This document shows positions 1 to 8,015 of a DNA stretch of 24,000 nt, in pieces. The notes below the pieces were generated by a model. That model made no database searches, was not told the DNA's origin, and saw only the letters and a list, made by a program, of their open reading frames with translations. This DNA comes from an uncultured Pseudomonadota bacterium (GTDB lineage: Bacteria; Pseudomonadota; Alphaproteobacteria; Acetobacterales; Acetobacteraceae): positions 40,387-64,386 of the forward strand of contig CAWEOZ010000017.1 of NCBI GenBank assembly GCA_963810715.1. The letters are read 5' to 3'. Numbering within the stretch: position 1 is the stretch's first letter; every line of letters starts with the position of its first letter. Made by a program: the position numbers and the translations under genes.

Positions 1-1
1 G

Positions 2-550
2 ATGGTGATCCACCGGCTGTGGACGGAAGAGCGCGTGGACCATGAAGGCCGCCATTTCCGGCTATCGGGTGTGTCCATCATGCCGCGTCCGGCGCAGCCG
101 GAGCTGCCGATGTGGATCGGCGGTTCCTCCGCGGCGGCAATCCGGCGAACCGCCCGGTTCGGCACTGGCTGGCAGGCCGGGCCTGAGACGCCGGAGCAGG
201 CGGGGGCGGCGATCGCGGCGATCAAACGGGCGCTGGTCGACACCGGGCGCAGCATCGATGAGGACCATTATGGGGCGGGCATTCCGTTCCGATTCGGCAG
301 CGCGGACGATCCCGGGATGGCGGCGGCGTTCGACGCTTATCGGGCACGGGCCGGCCGCGATCCGCTGGATTATTTCGCGATCGGCGATGCGAAGACGATA
401 TTGGATCGTATCGACGCCTACGTGGATGCGGGCGTATCGAAGTTCATTCTGCGACCGGTCGCGCGAGGGGATCACGACGTATTGGAGCAGACGAAACGTT
501 TGATCTCCGAGGTGCTGCCCGAGATGGCAGTGCGATGGCCGCGGTCGTGA
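2..550 (+). CDS. LLM-class (luciferase-like) flavin/F420-dependent oxidoreductase, C-terminal portion; 5' end outside window
   Basis: The frame is open to the window edge and stops at TGA 548-550. The translation (RLWTEERVDHEGRHFRLSGVSIMPRPAQPELPMWIGGSSAAAIRRTARFGTGWQ...SKFILRP) matches my recollection of the C-terminal half of luciferase-like monooxygenase family proteins. Codon third positions are GC-rich. Confidence 0.7.
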   Translation: MVIHRLWTEERVDHEGRHFRLSGVSIMPRPAQPELPMWIGGSSAAAIRRTARFGTGWQAGPETPEQAGAAIAAIKRALVDTGRSIDEDHYGAGIPFRFGSADDPGMAAAFDAYRARAGRDPLDYFAIGDAKTILDRIDAYVDAGVSKFILRPVARGDHDVLEQTKRLISEVLPEMAVRWPRS

Positions 551-844
551 GCGGGGAGGAGAAGCTGTCCGCGTTGTTCTGGTTGCGGCGAGTTGGCTGA
601 TTTGAGATCCAGCGATGTTGCCGCACCAAGCAACAGCCGGTCCAGCCTCGCCAACGGCAGAGTCTGTCGCTGAGACAGGTCCAAATCGGGGGCATTGTGG
701 GGGCGAGGCGGAACTGATCCGTGGGGTCGTCGCCGGGCTCGATATCCTCATCCGCAGCGAGCGAAAGCGCTCCGCTTGATCCTATGAGTTTGCCTGATCC
801 ACCGTCGGCCAAATGCGATCGGCCTGGAGCCGGTCCGGCAATGC

Positions 845-873
845 TTGACGAGGGTCCATCGTGGAATGATAAT
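845..873 (+). promoter_or_regulatory. sigma70-type promoter of the porin/propeller/DyP operon
   Basis: TTGACG (845-850), a 17-nt spacer, then GATAAT (868-873), 58 nt upstream of the porin ATG at 932. It lies in a locally AT-richer patch of a 380-nt intergenic region. Confidence 0.5.
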
Positions 874-889
874 GCGAGTTATTCGCATT
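871..889. promoter_or_regulatory. 19-bp 9-1-9 inverted repeat AATGCGAGT-T-ATTCGCATT; candidate repressor operator with Fur-box-like geometry
   Basis: The outer 7-nt arms AATGCGA/TCGCATT are perfect reverse complements. The repeat overlaps the -10 hexamer and the predicted transcription start. Its half-sites match the canonical Fur half-site AATGATAAT at 6/9 and 7/9. Confidence 0.4.
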
Positions 890-931
890 TGCATCCGAGG
901 GCGATGTTGCCCGGCAAACAAGGAGCCCAGC

Positions 932-2401
932 ATGCCCACCGGTGGCAATGGACCAGTTACACTCGGGGCCGCCGTGGCGGTATTGCTGGTCGCGGCAATC
1001 CCGCCGGTAAGCCACGCGCAGGCACCCGTGCCGCCGGCCAATCCTGGCGCTCCGCCGGCCAGCACGCAGAGCGAGCCTGGGTTCATGACCAACCTTTGGA
1101 CGCGGAGCAATCTGCTCGGGGATATCGGCGGCCTGCGGACTGTGCTTGGCAGATATGGGATCAGTGTCGGCCTGCAGACCACAAACGAGGTGCTGGGCAA
1201 CGTGACCGGCGGGGTGAAGCGCGGCGCCTCGGGTGACGGGCTGACCACGCTGGATCTGCAACTCGACACGCAAAAGGCGTTCGGCTGGGAGGGCGGCACG
1301 TTCAATGCCAGCGCGCTGTGGATCTATGGCCCCAATTTCAGCCAGGGATATCTGGACAATCTGCAGACAGTCAGCGGCATCGCGGCCGAGGCCACTGTGC
1401 GGCTGTGGGAGATTTGGTACCAGCAGACGTTTCTCGACGGACTCGCGGACGTAAAGCTGGGGCAGCAGAGCATCGACCAGGAGTTCATGGTCAGCACCTA
1501 TTCCGCCCTGTTCATGAACACGATGATGGGGTGGCCGATGCTGCCATCGGCCGATCTCTATGCCGGCGGCCCAGCTTATCCACTGTCGTCGCTTGGGGTG
1601 CGTCTGCGAGGGCATCCTGTGGGCCCGGTGACGATCCTGGGCGGCGTGTTCCAGGACAATCCGCCCGGCGGTCCGTTCAACGATGATTCGCAGTTGCGCG
1701 GCAGCACGCGCTGGGGCGGCAATTTCAATCTACGAACCGGCGCGCTGATCATCGGCGAAGTCCAGTATGCGATCAATCAACCGTCGCTCGGCCAAATGGC
1801 GTATGGTCACCAGGAATCGGGTCTGCCGGGCACGTACAAGCTAGGCTTCTGGTATGACACCGCGGCCTTTCCGGACCAGCGGTTCGGGACGGACGGATTG
1901 TCGCTGGCGAATCCCGCCAGCAATGGCATTCCGCAGATGCTTCGCGGCAATTTCAGCTTTTACGCGGTGGCGGATCAGACAGTTTGGCAGCCCGACCCGC
2001 AGGGCCCGCGATCAGTCGGCGTATTTGCGCGCCTGATGGGGGCGCCTGCCGACCGCAATCTGATTTCGTTCAGCGTGAATGCCGGCGTGGACTTGAAGGC
2101 GCCGCTCCCGGGGCGCGATGACGACACGTTCGGCGTCGGGTTCGGTGTTGCCAAAGTCAGCGGCGTTGCCAGTGCGCTCGACAGCGATACCGGTTTCTTC
2201 ACCGGGACGCCCTTTCCGGTCCGTGGCAGCGAGACATTCATCGAGGTCACGTACCAGTATCAGGTTACTCCCTGGTGGCAGCTTCAGCCTGACTTCCAGT
2301 ACATTTTCACGCCGAGCGGCGGCATCCCGGACCCTGTGGACCCAGGCAGGCGGATTGGCAATGAGGCCGTGTTCGGACTTCGCACGAACGTGACGTTCTG
2401 A
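932..2401 (+). CDS. oprB: OprB-family (carbohydrate-selective) outer-membrane porin
   Basis: ATG 932 follows AAGGAG (920-925). The Sec leader is MPTGGNGPVTLGAAVAVLLVAAIPPVSHA/QA. The family-typical stretch GGVKRGASGDGLTTLDLQLDTQKAFGWEGGTFNASALWIYG...RLWEIWYQQTFLDGLADVKLGQQSIDQEF is present, and the C-terminal residue is aromatic (F). The track ORF start at 845 (TTG) is inside the promoter, so I rejected it. Confidence 0.85.
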   Translation: MPTGGNGPVTLGAAVAVLLVAAIPPVSHAQAPVPPANPGAPPASTQSEPGFMTNLWTRSNLLGDIGGLRTVLGRYGISVGLQTTNEVLGNVTGGVKRGASGDGLTTLDLQLDTQKAFGWEGGTFNASALWIYGPNFSQGYLDNLQTVSGIAAEATVRLWEIWYQQTFLDGLADVKLGQQSIDQEFMVSTYSALFMNTMMGWPMLPSADLYAGGPAYPLSSLGVRLRGHPVGPVTILGGVFQDNPPGGPFNDDSQLRGSTRWGGNFNLRTGALIIGEVQYAINQPSLGQMAYGHQESGLPGTYKLGFWYDTAAFPDQRFGTDGLSLANPASNGIPQMLRGNFSFYAVADQTVWQPDPQGPRSVGVFARLMGAPADRNLISFSVNAGVDLKAPLPGRDDDTFGVGFGVAKVSGVASALDSDTGFFTGTPFPVRGSETFIEVTYQYQVTPWWQLQPDFQYIFTPSGGIPDPVDPGRRIGNEAVFGLRTNVTF

Positions 2402-2421
2402 CTGAATTCAGGAGGCGACGA

Positions 2422-3551
2422 ATGAAACATTGTTTTGCAACACGCGGCGGTTTCGCCGGCCTGATGGTGGCGGTGGTGGCGGGAGTGCCGGGTTTGGCAG
2501 CGGCTGCCCCGGAGGGGTTTCTGGAGACCCTGCACCACCATACAACCGTGACTTCAACGGTACCGGACAATGGCGACCAGAACCCCTATGCTATCGTGGT
2601 GGCGCCAGTGTCGGCCGGTAAGATTCAGAAGGGCGACGTGCTTGTCGATAATTTCAACGACAAGAACAACCTCCAGGGCCTGGGCACGACGATCGTCGAT
2701 TACAATCCTTCGACACGAAAGCTGTCGCAATTCGCCGGGATTCCGCGACATCTCGGTGGTTGCCCGGGCGGCGTGGGGCTGACTACGGCGATGACGATGC
2801 TGAAGAGCGGATGGGTTATTGTCGGAAGCCTGCCCAGTTCCGATGGCACGACCACTACCAAAGGACAAGGCTGCCTGATCGTGCTTGACGCGCAGGGCAA
2901 TGTGGCGAGCACGATCACGAGCCCCCGATCAATGGGCCGTGGGGCAACATGACAGTGATCGACAACGGATCTACCGCGACCTTGTTCGTCAGCAATACCG
3001 GATTTGGAGTGGGCGCTGCGACGGACAGCCCGCCGGTGGTCAATCAGGCGACCGTGCTGCGGATCGAGCTTTCGATAGCCGAGGAAAAGCCGCCGGTCGT
3101 TACCGGAGAAACTGTCATCGCCCACGGTTTCGGCGAGCAGGCGGACAAGAGCGTATTCATCATCGGTCCAACCGGGCTGGCGCTTGCGGACAATGGGACG
3201 CTGTATGTTTCCGACGCGATCGGCAACCGGATCGTTGCGATCCCGAACGCCGCCACTCGCACCGACAGCGCCGGCACCGGCCGGGAGGTCACGAAGGATG
3301 GGCTGCTGCAGCGTCCGCTGGCCATCGTCCTGGCGCCGAACGGCCACCTGCTGGCCACCAACGGGCTGAACGGGCAGGTGGTGGAAATCGACCCGGTCAC
3401 CGGCAAGCAGCTTTATGCGCAGTGGATCGACGCCGACAAGGCACAACAGCCGCCAGGGAGCGGCGATCTGTTCGGCCTAGTAATGGAACCGTCCGGCAAA
3501 GGGTTCTATTATGTGGAGGACGACGTGAACACGTTGGTCCTGGCACACTGA
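2422..3551 (+). pseudogene. Secreted NHL-type beta-propeller protein, split into two ORFs (2422-2952 and 2949-3551) by a 1-nt frame disruption as sequenced
   Basis: AGGAGG (2410-2415) precedes ATG 2422. The signal peptide is MKHCFATRGGFAGLMVAVVAGVPGLAAAAP. NHL-like repeats are present (GPTGLALADNGTLYVSDAIGNRIVAI; RPLAIVLAPNGHLLATNGLNGQVVEIDPVTGK). The second frame read upstream of its ATG gives ...PPINGPWGNMTVIDNG, continuous with the first half. The junction is at the C5 run 2922-2926. Confidence 0.75.
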
Positions 3552-3567
3552 GACGACGGAGGCGTCC

Positions 3568-4954
3568 TTGACTGGCTGCCCGTTTTCCTCGCGGCGATCC
3601 TTCATTGGCGGAGCCGGCGGGGTGTTCGCCGCCGCGGCGGCGCTCGGCCGGGCGAAGGCGCAGGGTACCGGCGAGGATGGCGGCCTGGTCGCCGGGGCGG
3701 CCGATGATCGGGTTGCCTTCAATGGCCTCCATCAGGCGGGGGTCGACACGCCGCAGCAGACGCATGTGGTGTTTCGCGGCGTTCGACCTTGTTGCCGACG
3801 CTGCGACGGACGTGGTCGAGATGCTGCAAGCCTGGACGGCGGCGGCGGCGCGCATGGCTACGGGGCAGACGGCCGAGCTGCTGAACGGCGATCCTTCCGT
3901 TGCCCCGGCGGATAGCGGCGAGACCATCGGCACGGCGGCGCAGCACCTGACGGTGACTTTCGGCTTCGGACCGGGCCTGTTCGAGAAGGACGGCAAGGAC
4001 CGGTATGGGCTGCGGGCGAAGCGGCCCGCAGCATTGGTGGAGCTGCCGCGATTCAATGGCGACCAGCTCGATCCCCAGCGCAGCGGCGGCGATTTGTGCA
4101 TCCAGGTCTGCGCCGACGATCCGATGGTGGCGTTCCACGCCGTCCGGCAACTCGCCCGCATGGCTGCCCCGAATGACGCGGCCAACGGGTACGGCGGCAA
4201 GCGCGCTGGTGCGACAACCGCGTACGATGCGAAGCCAGGCGTCGCTGTGTTGCGATGGATGCAGGCGGGCTTTCTACCTGACAGCCCGGCCGGCGAGACG
4301 CCGCGCAATCTGCTGGGATTCAAGGACGGCACGCAGAATCCCGGCAACCCGCACCCGGCGGAGCGCGCCGGCCGCAAGTTGATTGGCAATGGTACGTTCC
4401 AGAACGCCGTCTGGGTCGGCGACGAAGGCCCGGGCTGGATGCGCCAGGGCAGCTACATGGTGGTGCGCCGCGTCCGGCTGGCGCTGGAGCACTGGGACCG
4501 CATGGAGCTGGATTTCCAGGAGCAGGTGATCGGCCGCCGCAAACTGGACGGTGCGCCGCTGACCGGCGGCGGAGAATTCGCGCCGCTCGACCTCGACGCC
4601 GTGGATAAAGATGGCAATCCGGTGATCCCGGACAGCGCGCATGTCCGGCTGGCTGCCGCTTCGGTCAATGACGGCGCGCGCATCCTGCGCCGAGGCTATT
4701 CGTACAATGACGGGCTCAGCATGGTGGCGGAACGCTGGCCGCCCTGGCGCCAGGGACTGGAATATGACGCCGGGCTGTTGTTCATCGCGTATCAGAGCGA
4801 CCCGCGAACCGGTTTCATCAGGATATTCGATGGCATGTCGAAGCTGGATCTGCTGAACCAGTTCGCGACGCATGTGGGCAGTGGGATCTTCGCGTGTCCC
4901 GGCGGTGTCGGGAAGGGTGAGTTCGTCGGCCAGCGCTTGTTCGATGCGGCTTAA
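3568..4954 (+). pseudogene. efeB: Tat-exported DyP-type haem peroxidase (EfeB/YcdB-like), one +1 frame disruption as sequenced
   Basis: GGAGG (3558-3562) is followed by a 5-nt spacer and TTG 3568. The twin-arginine leader is MTGCPFSSRRSFIGGAGGVFAAAAAL, followed by RVAFNGLHQAGVDTPQQTHVVF in frame 1. The sequence AAFDLVADAATDVVEMLQAWT...GFKDGTQNP...GLLFIAYQSDP...GSGIFACPGG continues in frame 2, with the junction at 3772-3775 (TTT run). The stop is TAA 4952-4954. Confidence 0.85.
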
Positions 4955-6008
4955 AGCATGATCGTTTGAGGTTGAATCACCGGGGCGGAGGGATTCCGGC
5001 GCGGCTGCGCATCTGATTGAAGGTGCAGGCTGGAGCGGAGGCCAGCTTGCATGGGAGCTCCCTACTCGTTCGACCTGCGAGAGCGCGTCGTTGCCGCGGT
5101 TGCCGGCGGCATGGGCCGGCAGAAAGCGGCGGCACTCTACCGGGTCAGCCATTCCTCGGCGATCCGCTGGACCAGGCGGAAGGCCGGGACGGGCAGTCCG
5201 GCAGCCTTGCCGATGGGCGGCAAGAAGCCGTTCGCGCTGGCGGACGAAGCGACATGGATCCGAGCCCGGGTGGCGGAGAAGCCGGACATCACCGGCCGCG
5301 AACTGCTCGCGGAGCTCACCGGGCGCGGTGTGGACGTCAGCTACTACGGCGTCTGGAATTTCCTTGATCGCGCTGCTCTCAGCTTCAAAAAAAGCCTGCG
5401 CGCCAGCGAGCAGGACCGCGCCGATGTGGCTCGCCGGCGCCAGCAGTGGAAGCAGCGGCAAGGCATGGTTTCCGCCGCGCGCCTGGTGTTCATCGATGAA
5501 ACCTGGGCCAAAACCAACATGACCCGCATGCACGGCCGCTGCGCCAAAGGTCAGCGGCTGGTCGCCAAGGTCCCGCACGGCCATCGCAGGATGCTGACCT
5601 TCGTGGCAGGCCTGCGCTGTGACGGCATCGCCGCGCCCTGCGTGTTCGATGGGCCGATCAATACCGAGAGCTTCCTCGCCTGGGTGGTGCAGTTCCTGGT
5701 GCCGAGCTTGCGGCCCGGCGACATCGTGGTGATGGACAATCTGAGCAGCCACAAGGACCCGGCGATACGGCGGGCGATCCGCGATGCCGGGGGCAAGCTG
5801 TTCTTCCTGCCCCGATACAGCCCGGACCTGAACCCGATCGAGCAGGCGTTCGCCAAGCTGAAGACCCTGCTGCGCAAGGAAAACGCCCGCAGCTTCGAGC
5901 AGGTCGAGACCGCGATCGGCAAGCTTCTCAAACAGCTCACCCCGGCGGAGTGCCGTAACTTCTTCAGCGAAGCGGGATACGCGTCAACCTGAAGCTATCA
6001 TGCTTTAA
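4951..6008 (+). mobile_element. IS630-family insertion sequence (core about 4954-6005) with TA target duplication
   Basis: The terminal inverted repeats at 4951-4975 and 5984-6008 match at 22/25. The element AAGCATGAT...ATCATGCTT is flanked by TA (4952-4953) and TA (6006-6007). It carries a single intact transposase ORF. Confidence 0.85.
5051..5992 (+). CDS. IS630-family transposase (DD34E)
   Basis: This is an uninterrupted 313-aa ORF. The N-terminus is helix-turn-helix-like (RERVVAAVAGGMGRQKAAALYRVSHSSAIRW). The catalytic residues are D in FIDETW, D in VMDNLSSHK and E in LNPIEQAF, with 34 residues between the second D and E. The stop TGA 5990-5992 lies inside the right inverted repeat. Confidence 0.9.
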   Translation: MGAPYSFDLRERVVAAVAGGMGRQKAAALYRVSHSSAIRWTRRKAGTGSPAALPMGGKKPFALADEATWIRARVAEKPDITGRELLAELTGRGVDVSYYGVWNFLDRAALSFKKSLRASEQDRADVARRRQQWKQRQGMVSAARLVFIDETWAKTNMTRMHGRCAKGQRLVAKVPHGHRRMLTFVAGLRCDGIAAPCVFDGPINTESFLAWVVQFLVPSLRPGDIVVMDNLSSHKDPAIRRAIRDAGGKLFFLPRYSPDLNPIEQAFAKLKTLLRKENARSFEQVETAIGKLLKQLTPAECRNFFSEAGYAST

Positions 6009-6090
6009 TACAGCCCGCCGAGCGAATGACCCATGTCTCATTGTCGCGTCCATTCCACCTCGTTCGCGCTTGCAGGCAGGAAAGACGTGG

Positions 6091-6162
6091 ATGGCCGGCC
6101 TTCGCCGGCCATGACGGGGAAAGCGGCCGGCCATGACGGGGATCAGTCGGCCATCACGCGGA
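6091..6162. repeat. REP-like extragenic element: 9-bp-stem hairpin plus three tandem 20-22-nt units
   Basis: The hairpin is ATGGCCGGC (6091-6099), loop CTTC, GCCGGCCAT (6104-6112). The direct repeats are GCCGGCCATGACGGGGA at 6104-6120 and 6126-6142 (identical) and a degenerate third copy GTCGGCCATCACGCGGA at 6146-6162 (14/17). Confidence 0.5.
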
Positions 6163-6213
6163 TGAGTTGGACTTAACGCGGGCTGGTATAAACTAAAACA
6201 GCCGGGTCCCGTC

Positions 6214-6915
6214 CTATTTGCGAGCGGTGGGCTCGAGCCGGTGGATATTGGTTTCTCCGGCGACGAATGCGAGCGACGCCATATCGATGAACAACCCGGT
6301 CTCGATCACGCCGATAACCTGCGACAGCTCGCGGTCGAGCGACAGCGGATCGGCAATTTCGCCGAAGGCGCAGTCCAGAATCAGGTTGCCGCCATCGGTG
6401 CGGTAGGGTGTTGTGTCGCCGGTGGTGCGCAGGCGCGGATGACCGCCAAGCCGCTCGATCCGGGCGGCCGTGGTTTCCCAGCCAAACAACACCACCTCGA
6501 CCGGAACTGGCGTTTTGGCGCCGAGGCGGTCCACCAGTTTCCGGTCATCCGCAACGATCACCAGACGGGAGGATGCGGCGGCGACGATCTTTTCGCGCAG
6601 CAATGCTCCCCCGAGCCCTTTTATCAGAGCCAGCGAGCCACGGGCGATCTCATCCGCGCCGTCGATGGTTAGGTCCAGGCGGGGGCGCCGCGCGAAATCG
6701 GTCACGGTGATACCGCCGGCACGGGCCTGCGAGGCGCTGCGTTCGGACGTCGCGATCGCCTCGATCGACAAGCCGGCGCGTACGCGGGCGGCGAGCGCCT
6801 CGATGGCAAACCATGCCGTGGAGCCGGTGCCGAGGCCGACCGCCATGCCATCACCGACCAGGGCGACGGCTGCCTCGGCGGCGGCCTGTTTCTGCGCCGC
6901 TTGCGGATCGCTCAT
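6214..6915 (-). CDS. rpiA: Ribose-5-phosphate isomerase A
   Basis: This is an intact 233-aa ORF with RpiA hallmarks: GLGTGSTA, LTIDGADE, LIKGLGGALLREKIVA and GVIETGLF. Confidence 0.92.
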   Translation of the reverse strand: MSDPQAAQKQAAAEAAVALVGDGMAVGLGTGSTAWFAIEALAARVRAGLSIEAIATSERSASQARAGGITVTDFARRPRLDLTIDGADEIARGSLALIKGLGGALLREKIVAAASSRLVIVADDRKLVDRLGAKTPVPVEVVLFGWETTAARIERLGGHPRLRTTGDTTPYRTDGGNLILDCAFGEIADPLSLDRELSQVIGVIETGLFIDMASLAFVAGETNIHRLEPTARK

Positions 6916-7171
6916 GGCTGCATCGCGCGGGTGGGCCGCGGCGAGCAGGTGAGACGATGGAAGCGGCCTGCCTGTGCGTGCATGTCGAGGAACATCCGGC
7001 GCAATCTACAGCATTTTCGTGGCGGCTGGATACGGCCCGATCCGCTATTAGGCAGCGGTCGTCAGGGCGGGCGTGCGTGCGCGGCCTTGCGTCGGCGCGG
7101 CCGGTTACGCATCTTGCGTCCGTTGCCCGGATGCCGGGCCGGATCGAACAGAGGATGAGTGGAGCGCGAGG

Positions 7172-7978
7172 ATGGATGGCGGAGCTGACGCGAAACGCAT
7201 CACCATCCATACTCCTGACGATTTTGCCGGGATGCGGTCTGCCGGCCGGCTGGCGGCGGAGACGCTGGACATGGTCACGCAACATGTCCGGCCGGGCGTG
7301 ACGACGGCCGCCCTGGACCGGCTGTGCCACGATTTCATTGCCGCGCATGGGGCGGTGCCGGCGCCGCTGAATTACCGCGGCTTTCCGAAATCGATCTGCA
7401 CCTCGATCAATCATGTCGTGTGTCACGGGATCCCCGGGGAACGGAGGCTGGAGAGCGGGGACGTCCTGAATATCGACATCACCGTGATCCTGAACGGGTG
7501 GCACGGAGATTCGTCGCGGATGTATGTGGCCGGGACGCCATCGACCCGGGCGCGCAATCTGATGGACGTGACGTATGAGGCGATGATGCGGGGTGTGCGC
7601 GCGATCCGTCCCGGCGCGACGCTGGGTGACGTGGGGCACGCGATCCAGACCTTCGTCGAGGGCCAGCGGTTCAGCGTGGTGCGCGATTTTTGCGGTCACG
7701 GCATCGGCCGCCGCTTCCACGAGCCGCCGAACGTGTTGCATTTCGGCGCGCCCGGGGAGGGGCCGGTGTTGCGGCCGGGCATGTTCTTCACCGTGGAACC
7801 GATGGTGAATGCCGGCCGGCCGGAGGTGAAGGTGCTGGATGACGGCTGGACGGCGGTGACCCGCGACCGCAGCCTTTCGGCGCAGTTCGAGCATATGGTC
7901 GGTGTGACGGCCGCGGGTGTGGAAATATTTACGCTCTCTCCCGCAGGGTACGAGAAGCCGCCTTACCCGGTCGGCTGA
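7172..7978 (+). CDS. map: Type I methionine aminopeptidase
   Basis: I chose ATG 7172 (MDGGADAKRITIHTPDDFAGMR...); the track ORF starts further upstream at GTG 7073. MetAP-I motifs are present: CHGIPG, DVLNIDITV, GWHGDSSRMY, FCGHGIG, FTVEPM and QFEHMV. Confidence 0.92.
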   Translation: MDGGADAKRITIHTPDDFAGMRSAGRLAAETLDMVTQHVRPGVTTAALDRLCHDFIAAHGAVPAPLNYRGFPKSICTSINHVVCHGIPGERRLESGDVLNIDITVILNGWHGDSSRMYVAGTPSTRARNLMDVTYEAMMRGVRAIRPGATLGDVGHAIQTFVEGQRFSVVRDFCGHGIGRRFHEPPNVLHFGAPGEGPVLRPGMFFTVEPMVNAGRPEVKVLDDGWTAVTRDRSLSAQFEHMVGVTAAGVEIFTLSPAGYEKPPYPVG

Positions 7979-8015
7979 GCGGTGCCGGCACAGGCCGGAC
8001 CGACGGGAGCGTCGC

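Noticed and set aside
845-931. The track start (TTG 845) for the porin ORF, adding 29 N-terminal residues
   Set aside because: The extension (MTRVHRGMIMRVIRICIRGRCCPANKEPS) precedes the real signal peptide and coincides with the promoter and operator. ATG 932 has a proper AAGGAG Shine-Dalgarno.
782-1615. Minus-strand ORFs (782-1615 and 748-1305) and plus-strand 721-1236 overlapping the porin 5' region
   Set aside because: They overlap the well-supported porin gene and promoter, and I recognise no family resemblance.
2949-2952. The ATGA stop/start overlap, suggesting two translationally coupled genes
   Set aside because: The downstream frame is open and sensible upstream of its ATG (PPINGPWGN), and the second ORF lacks a signal peptide. 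I interpret it as a frameshift within one propeller gene.
3605-3770. ATG 3605 as the DyP start (449-aa track ORF)
   Set aside because: The first roughly 55 residues are an Arg-rich out-of-frame reading of the Tat leader region. The genuine N-terminus, with the twin-arginine motif and the FNGLHQAG motif, is in the frame starting at TTG 3568.
4274-5752. A 492-aa ORF on the minus strand spanning the DyP 3' end and most of the IS element
   Set aside because: It is antisense to two well-supported genes and crosses the IS boundary. Its composition is low-complexity and Arg/Ala/Pro/Gly-rich, typical of shadow ORFs in GC-rich DNA.
6104-6162. Tandem repeats considered as a mini-CRISPR array
   Set aside because: There are only three units of 17 nt at a 20-22-nt period with essentially no spacers, and no cas genes. 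The pattern is REP-like instead.
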